Source: a virus. From it: 34,794 nucleotides of DNA. The position numbers and the translations under genes are program-made. Below, one piece after another: positions 16,509 through 23,825 of this stretch. The notes below the pieces were generated by a model that was not told the origin of the DNA, searched no databases, and was given only the letters and a program-made list of their open reading frames with translations. The stretch spans positions 1 through 34,794 of the IMG/VR virus record IMGVR_UViG_3300029183_000019. One strand, given 5' to 3'. Each line of letters opens with the position of its first letter. Within the stretch, counting starts at the first letter, position 1.

Positions 16509-16964
16509 TTAGGCCCCTTGGGGGTGGGGTGACCCATCAAAATCGATTCTAGGGGGTATTTTGAGCTTCCTGAGGGCTTTCTTGAAATAGAACTCAGCCG
16601 GATCCTCCACTGCTTTGGATCCAAGCGCTCTTAGGCACTCGTCGTTTTGATCCAAAACACCCAAGGCTTGGAATTTGTAAAACTGGTCCACTCTCTCCCA
16701 GAGGAGTTTTGTCACTTGCTCCAAAATCTCTTCTCTCCCATCGGCATCTAAAAATACTAAATCCTCGATGGTGTCGATGATGTATTTCCCTGCAAAATCG
16801 TCAAACTTATCGAGATAATTATAAAACTCGATTTGCAGATTTAAAGTCATGGTGTCTTCGAGGCGGTAAAGGGTCTGGCGCATGACTTTGTTTCGCCAGT
16901 GGATCATCCTCGATGTATCTTCCTCCGTCTTTGCTGAAGAAATAAATTCGTTTTCCAACTCCAC
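16509..16964 (-). CDS. Hypothetical protein, last gene of the replication operon
   Basis: GTG at 16964 lies 6-7 nt after GCAGGAGGA. This start puts 146 nt of overlap with the helicase gene. The later in-frame ATGs (16907, 16883, 16850) have no SD. Confidence 0.55.
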   Translation of the reverse strand: MELENEFISSAKTEEDTSRMIHWRNKVMRQTLYRLEDTMTLNLQIEFYNYLDKFDDFAGKYIIDTIEDLVFLDADGREEILEQVTKLLWERVDQFYKFQALGVLDQNDECLRALGSKAVEDPAEFYFKKALRKLKIPPRIDFDGSPHPQGA

Positions 16965-17766
16965 GACCAATCCTCCTGCATTTAGCTATTTTTAATTCTC
17001 GGTAATTCTTCCAATTAAACTCTGGGTACTTGTCTTTGAGATCTCTGGAGATTCTGTTAAACAACAGCACGTTATGTGCTTCCTGAACACTTGTCGAGCT
17101 GCCTTTGATATCAAACTCACTCTCCACTCGACCATGCTCAGTCTTGCGTGGATGACAAACCATGATCACGTGAGCTGGGAGCTCTTTGCATAAAATTATC
17201 CACTCATGCGTCACCCGGTCTAACTCAATCACGCTTTGCTGATGATTCGTCACTTCCAAGAAAAAGTTAAGATTATCTAACACTACGAGTTCACATCCCT
17301 CCTCGTGCACGGCCTTTTTCACCTGCTGCATCATCTCCTTGTTTTTTACTCGGTCGTCGTAGGTGGTGATGTGAACGGGTATATTTTCAAAATCCGCGTT
17401 CTTCGCTCTAAATTCCGTGACGAGCTTTTGCTCGATGACTTGCCCCTCGTTCCAGTTCTCCCCAGCCCGAGATGAAATCATGCGCCTCACGAAATCCACG
17501 GGCCCGTTTTCAACCGAGGCCGTGAAGCACTTCGTCCCTGCTGTTGCACACTGCTCAACGAGAGACGCCAGCCAGGCCGACTTGCCTGCCCCTGTTGGCC
17601 CGCAAAACAGCGTGTACTCATACGGCCTAAGCCCACCCACCAACTCCGCAAAACCCTTCCACGAGGGCACACAGACCGACTCAGGCGGCTTGAGCAACGA
17701 ATCATAGGCTCTTTGAACAAACTCCTTGGCAGGATGGTATTTCTTCTCAGCAGGGATATCAGTCAT
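16819..17766 (-). CDS. DnaB / T7 gp4-like replicative helicase (RecA-fold NTPase)
   Basis: Walker A GPTGAGKS, Walker B LVVLDNLNFF, and MVCHPRK...IKGSSTSVQEAHNVLLFNR. ATG at 17766 follows AAGGAGAGAGG. An alternative ATG at 17793 follows GAGGGTGG. Confidence 0.85.
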   Translation of the reverse strand: MTDIPAEKKYHPAKEFVQRAYDSLLKPPESVCVPSWKGFAELVGGLRPYEYTLFCGPTGAGKSAWLASLVEQCATAGTKCFTASVENGPVDFVRRMISSRAGENWNEGQVIEQKLVTEFRAKNADFENIPVHITTYDDRVKNKEMMQQVKKAVHEEGCELVVLDNLNFFLEVTNHQQSVIELDRVTHEWIILCKELPAHVIMVCHPRKTEHGRVESEFDIKGSSTSVQEAHNVLLFNRISRDLKDKYPEFNWKNYRELKIAKCRRIGRGVGKRIYFFSKDGGRYIEDDPLAKQSHAPDPLPPRRHHDFKSANRVL

Positions 17767-18535
17767 CCTCTCTCCTTTGCCGGTCTCTGTCATACCCACC
17801 CTCGACTATGCGTATATACTGCTCCTTGGCAAAAAAGGTATCGAAATTAGTTGGAACCGGGGTCTTACCGCTCACTCCCAAAAGCCACGCCGTTTGATTC
17901 ATCCTCACCACCAGCGCTTTGAAAAAGCTTACCAAATCCATATTGTACTGCGAGGCCAATTGTTTCAACGAGGGCAAGTGCTCCCGGATGAGTCTCTCTC
18001 GCTTGGGAGTCAACCCATAAACCTCAGGTATTCTCTTGTCCCTGTTGGTATTCCAAAGCTCAACGAAAACAGTTGATGCTGCCTTCTCTTCTTCATCTTC
18101 TTCTTTTCTTATATTCTCTCTTTCTCCATTAAGTGACCGGTTGAGTTTCAGTTGAGTTTCAGTTGAGTTCCATTTGAGTTTCACCTGATCGTTTTGGTCT
18201 TGATTATTTTCCTGATATTCTTCCCAATTACAAATAGTTACAACGGTCCCTTTTCGAATTTTGCGTTTCACTAGCGTTTCATTTGAAATCAACTTGAGTA
18301 TCACCCTGTGAACGGACGCTCTGCTCATTTCAGTCAGCTCTGAGAGCTCTTCTAGGGAGGTAATCACCGTCCCTGCTGGGAACTCAACAAGCTTTCCATC
18401 TATGAGTTTTTTTATCGGGTACCTGCTTGCAAGCAGAAGTAAGTACATAAGCAGATGCCGCTCTTTTGGGGCATGACTTAAGCTCCCATCGAGCATTGAT
18501 CGGTGTAATTTAATCCAGCCTTTATTGAATCGCAT
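17759..18535 (-). CDS. Replication initiator / replisome organiser with an N-terminal winged HTH
   Basis: 258 aa. The N-terminus WIKLHRSML...ITSLEELSELTEMSRASVHRVILKLISNETL is wHTH-like. From memory, the C-terminus ...TNFDTFFAKEQYIRIVEGGYD resembles the conserved C-terminus of phage replisome organisers. Iterons lie inside the gene, and it sits upstream of the helicase. Confidence 0.72.
   Translation of the reverse strand: MRFNKGWIKLHRSMLDGSLSHAPKERHLLMYLLLLASRYPIKKLIDGKLVEFPAGTVITSLEELSELTEMSRASVHRVILKLISNETLVKRKIRKGTVVTICNWEEYQENNQDQNDQVKLKWNSTETQLKLNRSLNGERENIRKEEDEEEKAASTVFVELWNTNRDKRIPEVYGLTPKRERLIREHLPSLKQLASQYNMDLVSFFKALVVRMNQTAWLLGVSGKTPVPTNFDTFFAKEQYIRIVEGGYDRDRQRREDD
18140..18183. 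repeat. Four tandem 11-bp iterons (gttgagtttca x2, gttgagttcca, tttgagtttca), a candidate origin of replication
   Basis: Read directly. The 11-bp period equals one helical turn. The repeats are located in the linker region of the initiator gene. Confidence 0.75.
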
Positions 18536-18566
18536 ACGGTCCCCACTTCATAGTTGTTGCAAAAAG

Positions 18567-18594
18567 GACCGCTTAGCTGTAGCTTTTGGCGGTC
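18567..18594 (-). promoter_or_regulatory. Terminator-like hairpin in the leader of the replication operon
   Basis: On the minus strand the sequence reads GACCGC-CAAAAGCTACAGCTAA-GCGGTC followed by CTTTTTGC. It lies about 25 nt upstream of the initiator ATG. Confidence 0.35.
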
Positions 18595-18697
18595 ATTTCT
18601 ATTTTTAAGTATTGTGAGTCTGCCTCGATCTTGTTGTCTTAGGCAATAGGGTTGAGGCAGATATCTCATCACTTCACCGTGTCATTCCTGACGCATC

Positions 18698-18726
18698 TTG
18701 CAATCACTATTGCTATTTAGTATTGT
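18698..18726 (+). promoter_or_regulatory. Sigma70-like promoter candidate, TTGCAA-N17-TATTGT
   Basis: Read directly. It overlaps a GCAAT-cact-ATTGC dyad. An AAGGAG SD and the ATG at 18749 follow. Confidence 0.4.
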
Positions 18727-18748
18727 TAATAAGTAAGGAGATACTCAC

Positions 18749-19051
18749 ATGGAAACCGTTCCAACTCACAATGCCCCTACGTTTAAAAAGACCTCAATCA
18801 AAGACGAAATCGAAATGCAAAAAGAAAACCTACTCATGGCTGTTCAGCTCGGCGTCATCACCTGGCCGCAGTTTTTTGAGCGATGGAATAATCTTCCAGA
18901 AGAATGTCCCATGACGGCTTCTGCTTTGCGTCGTAAATACATCGATATTTTAACTCGGCTTGAATCCGCTTACGATGACGAAAAAGTAGCTTTAATTGCA
19001 TTACTTAATGACATTAAGGAAAAGCTCCAAGAGCTCGTGCAAAATAATTAA
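18749..19051 (+). CDS. Hypothetical protein, first gene of the plus-strand operon
   Basis: 100-aa ORF with an AAGGAG SD. Confidence 0.7.
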   Translation: METVPTHNAPTFKKTSIKDEIEMQKENLLMAVQLGVITWPQFFERWNNLPEECPMTASALRRKYIDILTRLESAYDDEKVALIALLNDIKEKLQELVQNN

Positions 19052-19101
19052 TCATTTATTTCCTAAGTATTTTTTTTATTGCTGATTTTATTCGTGTTTA
19101 T

Positions 19102-19136
19102 GGCATAGCGTTCCCTCAATAAGGGGGCGTTATGCC
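19102..19136 (+). promoter_or_regulatory. RNA hairpin that sequesters the SD and start codon of ORF 19132
   Basis: ggcatagcgttccct (19102-19116), loop caata, agggggcgttatgcc (19122-19136). Of 15 stem positions, 12 are Watson-Crick pairs, 2 are G-U pairs and 1 is a mismatch. The 3' arm contains the AGGGGG SD and the ATG at 19132. Confidence 0.45.
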
Positions 19137-19380
19137 TTTGCGTAAAGAAAATTTCTCGCAAATTAATCTCTATAATACTTGGTGGCTAAACGATGAACGT
19201 AAAGTATCCACCACTCCTGTTACAGCCGTTTTAAATGTTGATGCTGTTGAATTTATTTCAGACTTAGGCCATTCCGAGAGGAATTTAAAAAGCATCATCC
19301 GCCTTACATCAGGCGCTGAATTTATCTCTCACCTCACTCCTACTGAAGTTTCTGCCCATTTATTTGAAGGAAAATATTAA
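19132..19380 (+). CDS. Hypothetical protein
   Basis: 82-aa ORF with SD AAGGGGG. Confidence 0.6.
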   Translation: MPLRKENFSQINLYNTWWLNDERKVSTTPVTAVLNVDAVEFISDLGHSERNLKSIIRLTSGAEFISHLTPTEVSAHLFEGKY

Positions 19381-19401
19381 TATTAATTCCAAGGGGGATT
19401 T

Positions 19402-21654
19402 ATGAAACTCGCTATTGCGTTTTTATTAACACTGCTCGCGTGCTCAGATTCTAAAGAATCATCACCATCACCTGCAAAAGCCCCACCTAAAAATCCTATG
19501 ATGTTTATGGCTAAAATGGGCTCTCCTGCAGGCAAACAAAAAATCGCCACAATTACAGTCGAAAATAAAGCATCTGAGAGAATTCAATGGGTCAAAACAT
19601 CCATCCCATTAGAAAGCGGTAAATTTAAATCCCAAAAAGATTTAAATGAACTCTCACTTGGTCACGGCGAAGTGGCCGCATTTCCAATAAAATGGAATTT
19701 TAAAAATGGCAAACAAGACAGCATCGCCATCGCGGGTCTTGAATTTCCTGTTTATTTTAATGGCGCTTCTACCGGTACTTACACCGTTAATCGAGATCCT
19801 AAGCCTAGGACAATCCCTTTTGAGTATGGCCCCAACCTAAAAGCACTCATGGGGATGACCTCATTAAATGATTCGCTCGTTTTAATTGCTAAAATAAAAG
19901 GCGACCCTAAGCTTTATTCGGCTTCGATGCTTGCTAACCCTCGCGTGATTCGAAACACAGCTCAGTGTCAAAATATTAGCTCTCGATCTCAATTTATTTC
20001 CAATGACATGCTAAGGTCCACTCATGCTCTTTCGGCTACCTTTTATTTTGAGTTTTGTAACCGTCAGGATTTTGGCTCTCTTATTATTGAAGTGGGTAAT
20101 AATACTTTTGAAAATCCTCATTCCGGTGGACTCGAAGTCGAGTTCGTAAAGCTTTTTGCGAAAACTCCATTTTTTGCTGAAATTAGAAACGCTTCAGATT
20201 ACGGAGCGTCCTCACCTACTCCAGATCTCTACGGGCTCGTTCGTATTGATTTAATGAGCCAAGATACGATTGCAGACGGTTCTGCTCGAGCCTTTAGAGG
20301 GCTATGGGGAGTTATCATTGAGAAAGACTCGCTGACTCATCGAAGCTTTCGGGCTTCGCTCGCTCACCCGCTTTTTGGTGTCGCAGACACTGCTTCATGG
20401 GTTACATCTAAATCCGGCGGTATCGTCGGGACTGTGATGCCGCCTAGAGCATCCATCCCCGATCTTAAAGCAAGTATCTCTAATCTCTGTACTGATTCTT
20501 ATAACGTTAGGGTGAATGCATCATCTACACATCAATACCTAAATAAAGCTCCAGGCATCACAGGCGATCAACCTAACTTCTCAGCCAATATGCCACTCAT
20601 GCAACACCAAGTTATCTTAACAGGAAGCCATTGTCCTATTGTGCACCTCATGCATGGGGTTCAAAGCGAAGTGAATCGTCCGTCTTATTTCTTTACTCAG
20701 GACCGCCGCATGGTTTGGCATGATACTCCGAGAACGTGCTTTTGGTGGTCAGGGCGTCCTCATTGGCACGCTGGTCAAAATGTAAATCACTGCAACGAAT
20801 GGCATACGCGCTCCACCTCTCAAGGTTTTGCCATTGGTGAAACGCATGGTTGGACAGGCGAAGACGACCAGCACTTCGGCAATCCGCATTTACGCGCTTT
20901 TTACGAGTTAACAGGCGATGCATGGGCTAAAGACCTCATAGAATATCGTCAGACATTAACTTTATGGAATAAGCTAGGTGAACACGATTGGCAACTAAAT
21001 CGCATAGGCTCAGAACGTTCTGTACGTCTCATGGAAGATGCGCTACAAAATTTACTTCTTTTACCAAACGCGATCACAGCCGCCGATTTAGCCTCGCAAC
21101 TTGATCGGCGGCTTAAGCTTCGGCGTGACGGCGCTTGCTTTGCTGGAGGCAGATACTGCTCCCAAGGCGTCAAACAAGCCAAAGCCACTTGGGGCGCAGC
21201 ACACCTTGAATCTGTTCATGATGACCCAAGACATTCTCAGTGCATGGGTCAAACGCCAGGCGGCACATGTAAACAAGGACAACCCTGCCCAGATAACCGT
21301 TGCGGTATTACCTGGTGGAGCGGCATGCATCTTGGCTGGGTTACAGCTATGCATCGTGCTGGGTTTGATCAAAATATGGCTCAAGAGTTAGCTGAAATTT
21401 ATTTTGATGACGCTGATTTTTTCTTTCAGCCAAACGGAATGAATGCCGGGAAACGAAGATTCAATGACTGGTCTACTCCAGTCTCCCCCTTTACTCAAAG
21501 CTGGCATGCAGGATGGATCACAACCATTGAGACCCTTTCAAGTGGCCACCCAAAGGAAGCTTTTCTTAACATTATTAAACAGTCTTTGAAAACGAGCTTT
21601 CAGTGCAATTCTCCTGGATGCAAGTGGTCAACTAATGATAAATGGTATCAATGA
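19402..21654 (+). CDS. Large (750 aa) lipoprotein of unknown family with a Trp/His/Cys-rich C-terminal half
   Basis: MKLAIAFLLTLLAC|SDSKE is a signal peptide plus lipobox. The SD is AAGGGGG. I recognise no catalytic motif. The gene is a GC mosaic by hand counts: about 38% GC at 19501-19600 against about 52-58% at 20701-20800 and 21121-21220. Confidence 0.85.
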   Translation: MKLAIAFLLTLLACSDSKESSPSPAKAPPKNPMMFMAKMGSPAGKQKIATITVENKASERIQWVKTSIPLESGKFKSQKDLNELSLGHGEVAAFPIKWNFKNGKQDSIAIAGLEFPVYFNGASTGTYTVNRDPKPRTIPFEYGPNLKALMGMTSLNDSLVLIAKIKGDPKLYSASMLANPRVIRNTAQCQNISSRSQFISNDMLRSTHALSATFYFEFCNRQDFGSLIIEVGNNTFENPHSGGLEVEFVKLFAKTPFFAEIRNASDYGASSPTPDLYGLVRIDLMSQDTIADGSARAFRGLWGVIIEKDSLTHRSFRASLAHPLFGVADTASWVTSKSGGIVGTVMPPRASIPDLKASISNLCTDSYNVRVNASSTHQYLNKAPGITGDQPNFSANMPLMQHQVILTGSHCPIVHLMHGVQSEVNRPSYFFTQDRRMVWHDTPRTCFWWSGRPHWHAGQNVNHCNEWHTRSTSQGFAIGETHGWTGEDDQHFGNPHLRAFYELTGDAWAKDLIEYRQTLTLWNKLGEHDWQLNRIGSERSVRLMEDALQNLLLLPNAITAADLASQLDRRLKLRRDGACFAGGRYCSQGVKQAKATWGAAHLESVHDDPRHSQCMGQTPGGTCKQGQPCPDNRCGITWWSGMHLGWVTAMHRAGFDQNMAQELAEIYFDDADFFFQPNGMNAGKRRFNDWSTPVSPFTQSWHAGWITTIETLSSGHPKEAFLNIIKQSLKTSFQCNSPGCKWSTNDKWYQ

Positions 21655-21848
21655 AATATTGGATACCAAAAAACGAACCAGGAACTATTTTTAACACTTT
21701 AGAAGACGCGAAATCTAAAGGCTTCACTAAAGACGATTTGGTGGAATTTATTCCAGCTCCAGCTACTTGGGTAAAACCAACGTTAATTATGCTAGCCGTA
21801 GTATGGACTTGCTTAATGATCACCAAAATATGCATCAAATATGGCTAA
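21642..21848 (+). CDS. Small C-tail-anchored membrane protein, translationally coupled to the lipoprotein
   Basis: C-terminal TM segment PTLIMLAVVWTCLMITKICI. The start is ATG 21642 (13-nt overlap) or ATG 21651 (ATGA overlap with the lipoprotein stop). Confidence 0.6.
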   Translation: MVSMKYWIPKNEPGTIFNTLEDAKSKGFTKDDLVEFIPAPATWVKPTLIMLAVVWTCLMITKICIKYG

Positions 21849-22044
21849 TGCTTTCAGAGAGCTCTTGTTAAAATATAAGCTCAACCAACGAGAGCTCTCT
21901 GATTTATTGGGCGTAACACCCTCAGCCGTCAGCTCTTGTGTGAACGAAAAAATACCGCTGCCTAGAAAATACTTAGACAAAACAGCGCAAATCTTTAAAG
22001 TAGAATCTAAACGTCTAGAGAAATTCTTTAACGATCACCCATGA
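21841..22044 (+). CDS. XRE/Cro-type helix-turn-helix regulator
   Basis: LNQRELSDLLGVTPSAVSSCVNEK is a classic HTH. It overlaps the upstream gene by 8 nt. Confidence 0.8.
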   Translation: MANAFRELLLKYKLNQRELSDLLGVTPSAVSSCVNEKIPLPRKYLDKTAQIFKVESKRLEKFFNDHP

Positions 22045-22328
22045 TTTCTTCTTGCTCAGATTGCACGAACAAATGCTGTAAATTAGGCCCTGGACCCTGG
22101 AAACCACTGCCCTTTAAAACTTGGTACAAACGCGGGTTTAGTGCCTTTGGGTGGAACACAAAATGTGAAAACTGGGATGAGGTGTCAGGAAATTGTTCCA
22201 TATGGAACACCGATGAGCTCCCTATTGAATGCAAAATCTTCGTATGCCATAATCGTAGCTACTCTGATGAAGAGTTAAGAAATATTAAAACTCTATCGTT
22301 TCAGATGATGATGAAACCAAATGGCTAA
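22041..22328 (+). CDS. Cys-rich YkgJ/UPF0153-like (CxxCxxCC-type) putative metal-binding protein
   Basis: It has CSDCTNKCC near the N-terminus and C...GNCSIW...PIECKIFVC later. There is an ATGA overlap with the HTH gene. Confidence 0.6.
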   Translation: MISSCSDCTNKCCKLGPGPWKPLPFKTWYKRGFSAFGWNTKCENWDEVSGNCSIWNTDELPIECKIFVCHNRSYSDEELRNIKTLSFQMMMKPNG

Positions 22329-22449
22329 ATTCTCTATTAAAACAGCATCTGCTTTGTTTAAGGTTAAAACCCGTAAAGCAAAAAAACCTCGCAAAACAAA
22401 ACGTAACCCTAAATCCAAAACAGTAAAGAATTCTAAAACTAATTACTAA
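22321..22449 (+). CDS. Possible 42-aa extremely basic peptide (MAKFSIKTASALFKVKTRKAKKPRKTKRNPKSKTVKNSKTNY)
   Basis: Hand-translated. It overlaps the previous stop and has no SD. Confidence 0.25.
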   Translation: MAKFSIKTASALFKVKTRKAKKPRKTKRNPKSKTVKNSKTNY

Positions 22450-22453
22450 TGCG

Positions 22454-22483
22454 TTGACACAATAGCGCCATCATGTTTATTAG
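22454..22483 (+). promoter_or_regulatory. Promoter candidate, TTGACA-N17/18-TTATTA/TATTAG
   Basis: Perfect -35 hexamer and a weak -10, in the 120-nt gap upstream of the recombinase gene. Confidence 0.35.
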
Positions 22484-22526
22484 TATTTTGTTTTAGCAAT
22501 GGTATTTACTACTAGCTTTTAAAAGA

Positions 22527-22562
22527 AAGGCCGGAGCGTCATCGACAAAACACACCGGCCTT
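22527..22562 (+). promoter_or_regulatory. GC-rich 8-bp stem hairpin (aaggccgg ... ccggcctt, 20-nt loop) abutting the SD of the recombinase gene
   Basis: Read directly. There is no U-tract on the plus strand. A T-rich run follows the stem on the minus strand. Confidence 0.4.
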
Positions 22563-22578
22563 AAAGGAGATGCTCACT

Positions 22579-23400
22579 ATGCCCCAAACTGACACAATGA
22601 GTACGCCTGCTCGATTATCACATTCTGACACCATACAGCAAGTCTTAATTCAAGGTGACCTCAGCCGGCTCACTCAAACGCAACAATTAGAGTACTATAA
22701 AACCGTCTGCCAAACTCTTAAACTCAATCCGTTTACTAAGCCGTTCGCGTTTATTAAGCTCAACGGCCAACTCAGGCTCTACGCTCTTAAAGATTGTACT
22801 GAACAATTAAGAAAGCTTCATAATGTATCTTTGGAGATTAAATCTTCTGAGATTATTAAAGACGTTTATCAGGTCTCTGTAAAGTGCTCCATGGGAGATC
22901 GCACTGATGGAGCAACAGGAGCAGTTTTTGTAGGGAACTTAAAGGGTGAGGCACTCGCAAATGCTTTCATGAAAGCCGAAACGAAAGCAAAACGAAGAGC
23001 AACATTGAGCATCTGTGGATTGGGTATGCTCGATGAAGCAGAAGTGGACTCAACTCCACTTCAAAAGCCAGTGATGGCAGGTCCTGCTTTGGTGGATACG
23101 CATCTGTCCCCTAACTCCTCAGATCGTTCCTCGATTCCTCCTAAGCAGGACCACCCCACACACTCAGGATATAGTTTAACCCAAAAACAACTCAAACGCC
23201 TGTTCGCTATCTCTAAACAAAACGGATGGAGCAACGACGCTGTCGCTCAAATACTTCAGTCTAAATTTGGAGTTGAATCCTCATCTGATCTATCTAGAGA
23301 ACAATACGACGAGATGTGTGATCAGATACTGCCTAACCCTCCCAAGCAAACTCCATTAAGTGCAGTTGATGATGTAGATGAATTCGAAAACTTTAAGTGA
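22579..23400 (+). CDS. Single-strand annealing protein, RecT/Redbeta-superfamily-like
   Basis: ATG at 22579 lies 9 nt after AAGGAG. FMKAETKAKRRATLSICGLGMLDEAE parallels lambda Bet KAMIQCARLAFGFAGIYDKDEAE. LNPFTKPFAFI parallels Bet LNPWTKEIYAF. Confidence 0.65.
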   Translation: MPQTDTMSTPARLSHSDTIQQVLIQGDLSRLTQTQQLEYYKTVCQTLKLNPFTKPFAFIKLNGQLRLYALKDCTEQLRKLHNVSLEIKSSEIIKDVYQVSVKCSMGDRTDGATGAVFVGNLKGEALANAFMKAETKAKRRATLSICGLGMLDEAEVDSTPLQKPVMAGPALVDTHLSPNSSDRSSIPPKQDHPTHSGYSLTQKQLKRLFAISKQNGWSNDAVAQILQSKFGVESSSDLSREQYDEMCDQILPNPPKQTPLSAVDDVDEFENFK

Positions 23401-23605
23401 GCTGATGCTTATGAAGGGGATCGAAAAACAAAAAAAACAAGACCTCATCAACACATTTGAACACATTGTATCTGATTCCCTTTTGCAGCTAGGATGCTCT
23501 CATAACTCAAAAAACGTTGCCGCTGTCACTGCTAGACATTTTGTCAACCATCTCGAGCTCATCACTAAATACCTATCCGATCTAGAGTGCTTTAAAGATG
23601 AGTGA
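23378..23605 (+). CDS. Hypothetical protein
   Basis: 75-aa ORF. The start is uncertain, with alternative ATGs at 23405 and 23411. Confidence 0.5.
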   Translation: MNSKTLSELMLMKGIEKQKKQDLINTFEHIVSDSLLQLGCSHNSKNVAAVTARHFVNHLELITKYLSDLECFKDE

Positions 23606-23810
23606 ACGATACGGTCCATGTAATGCTTGTGGCGGGTCAGGATTTCGTAAAGTCTTAAATAAAGACAAAAAACTCATTGAGGTTCAATGCAGTGCATGCA
23701 TGACGACGGGCTTTAGTGGGAATGCTATGTTAAAATATCAACAAGAACTAGATGATGAATGGCATTTAAATCAATGCTTTGAAAGGAACTATTTCGACTA
23801 CGACTATTAA
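23598..23810 (+). CDS. Small DnaJ-type zinc-finger protein (two CxxCxGxG-like repeats)
   Basis: CNACGGSGF and CSACMTTGF. Confidence 0.65.
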   Translation: MSERYGPCNACGGSGFRKVLNKDKKLIEVQCSACMTTGFSGNAMLKYQQELDDEWHLNQCFERNYFDYDY

Positions 23811-23825
23811 CCAAGGAGGCTAATT

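Noticed and set aside
17726-18076. 116-aa plus-strand ORF and 18478-18672 minus-strand ORF around the initiator gene
   Set aside because: They are antisense to, or out of frame with, the well-supported initiator gene. They lack an SD and have odd composition.
20693-21391. Minus- and plus-strand ORFs of 76-98 aa inside the large lipoprotein gene
   Set aside because: They coincide with the high-GC segment, where stop codons are rare in all frames. They have no start context and unprotein-like composition.
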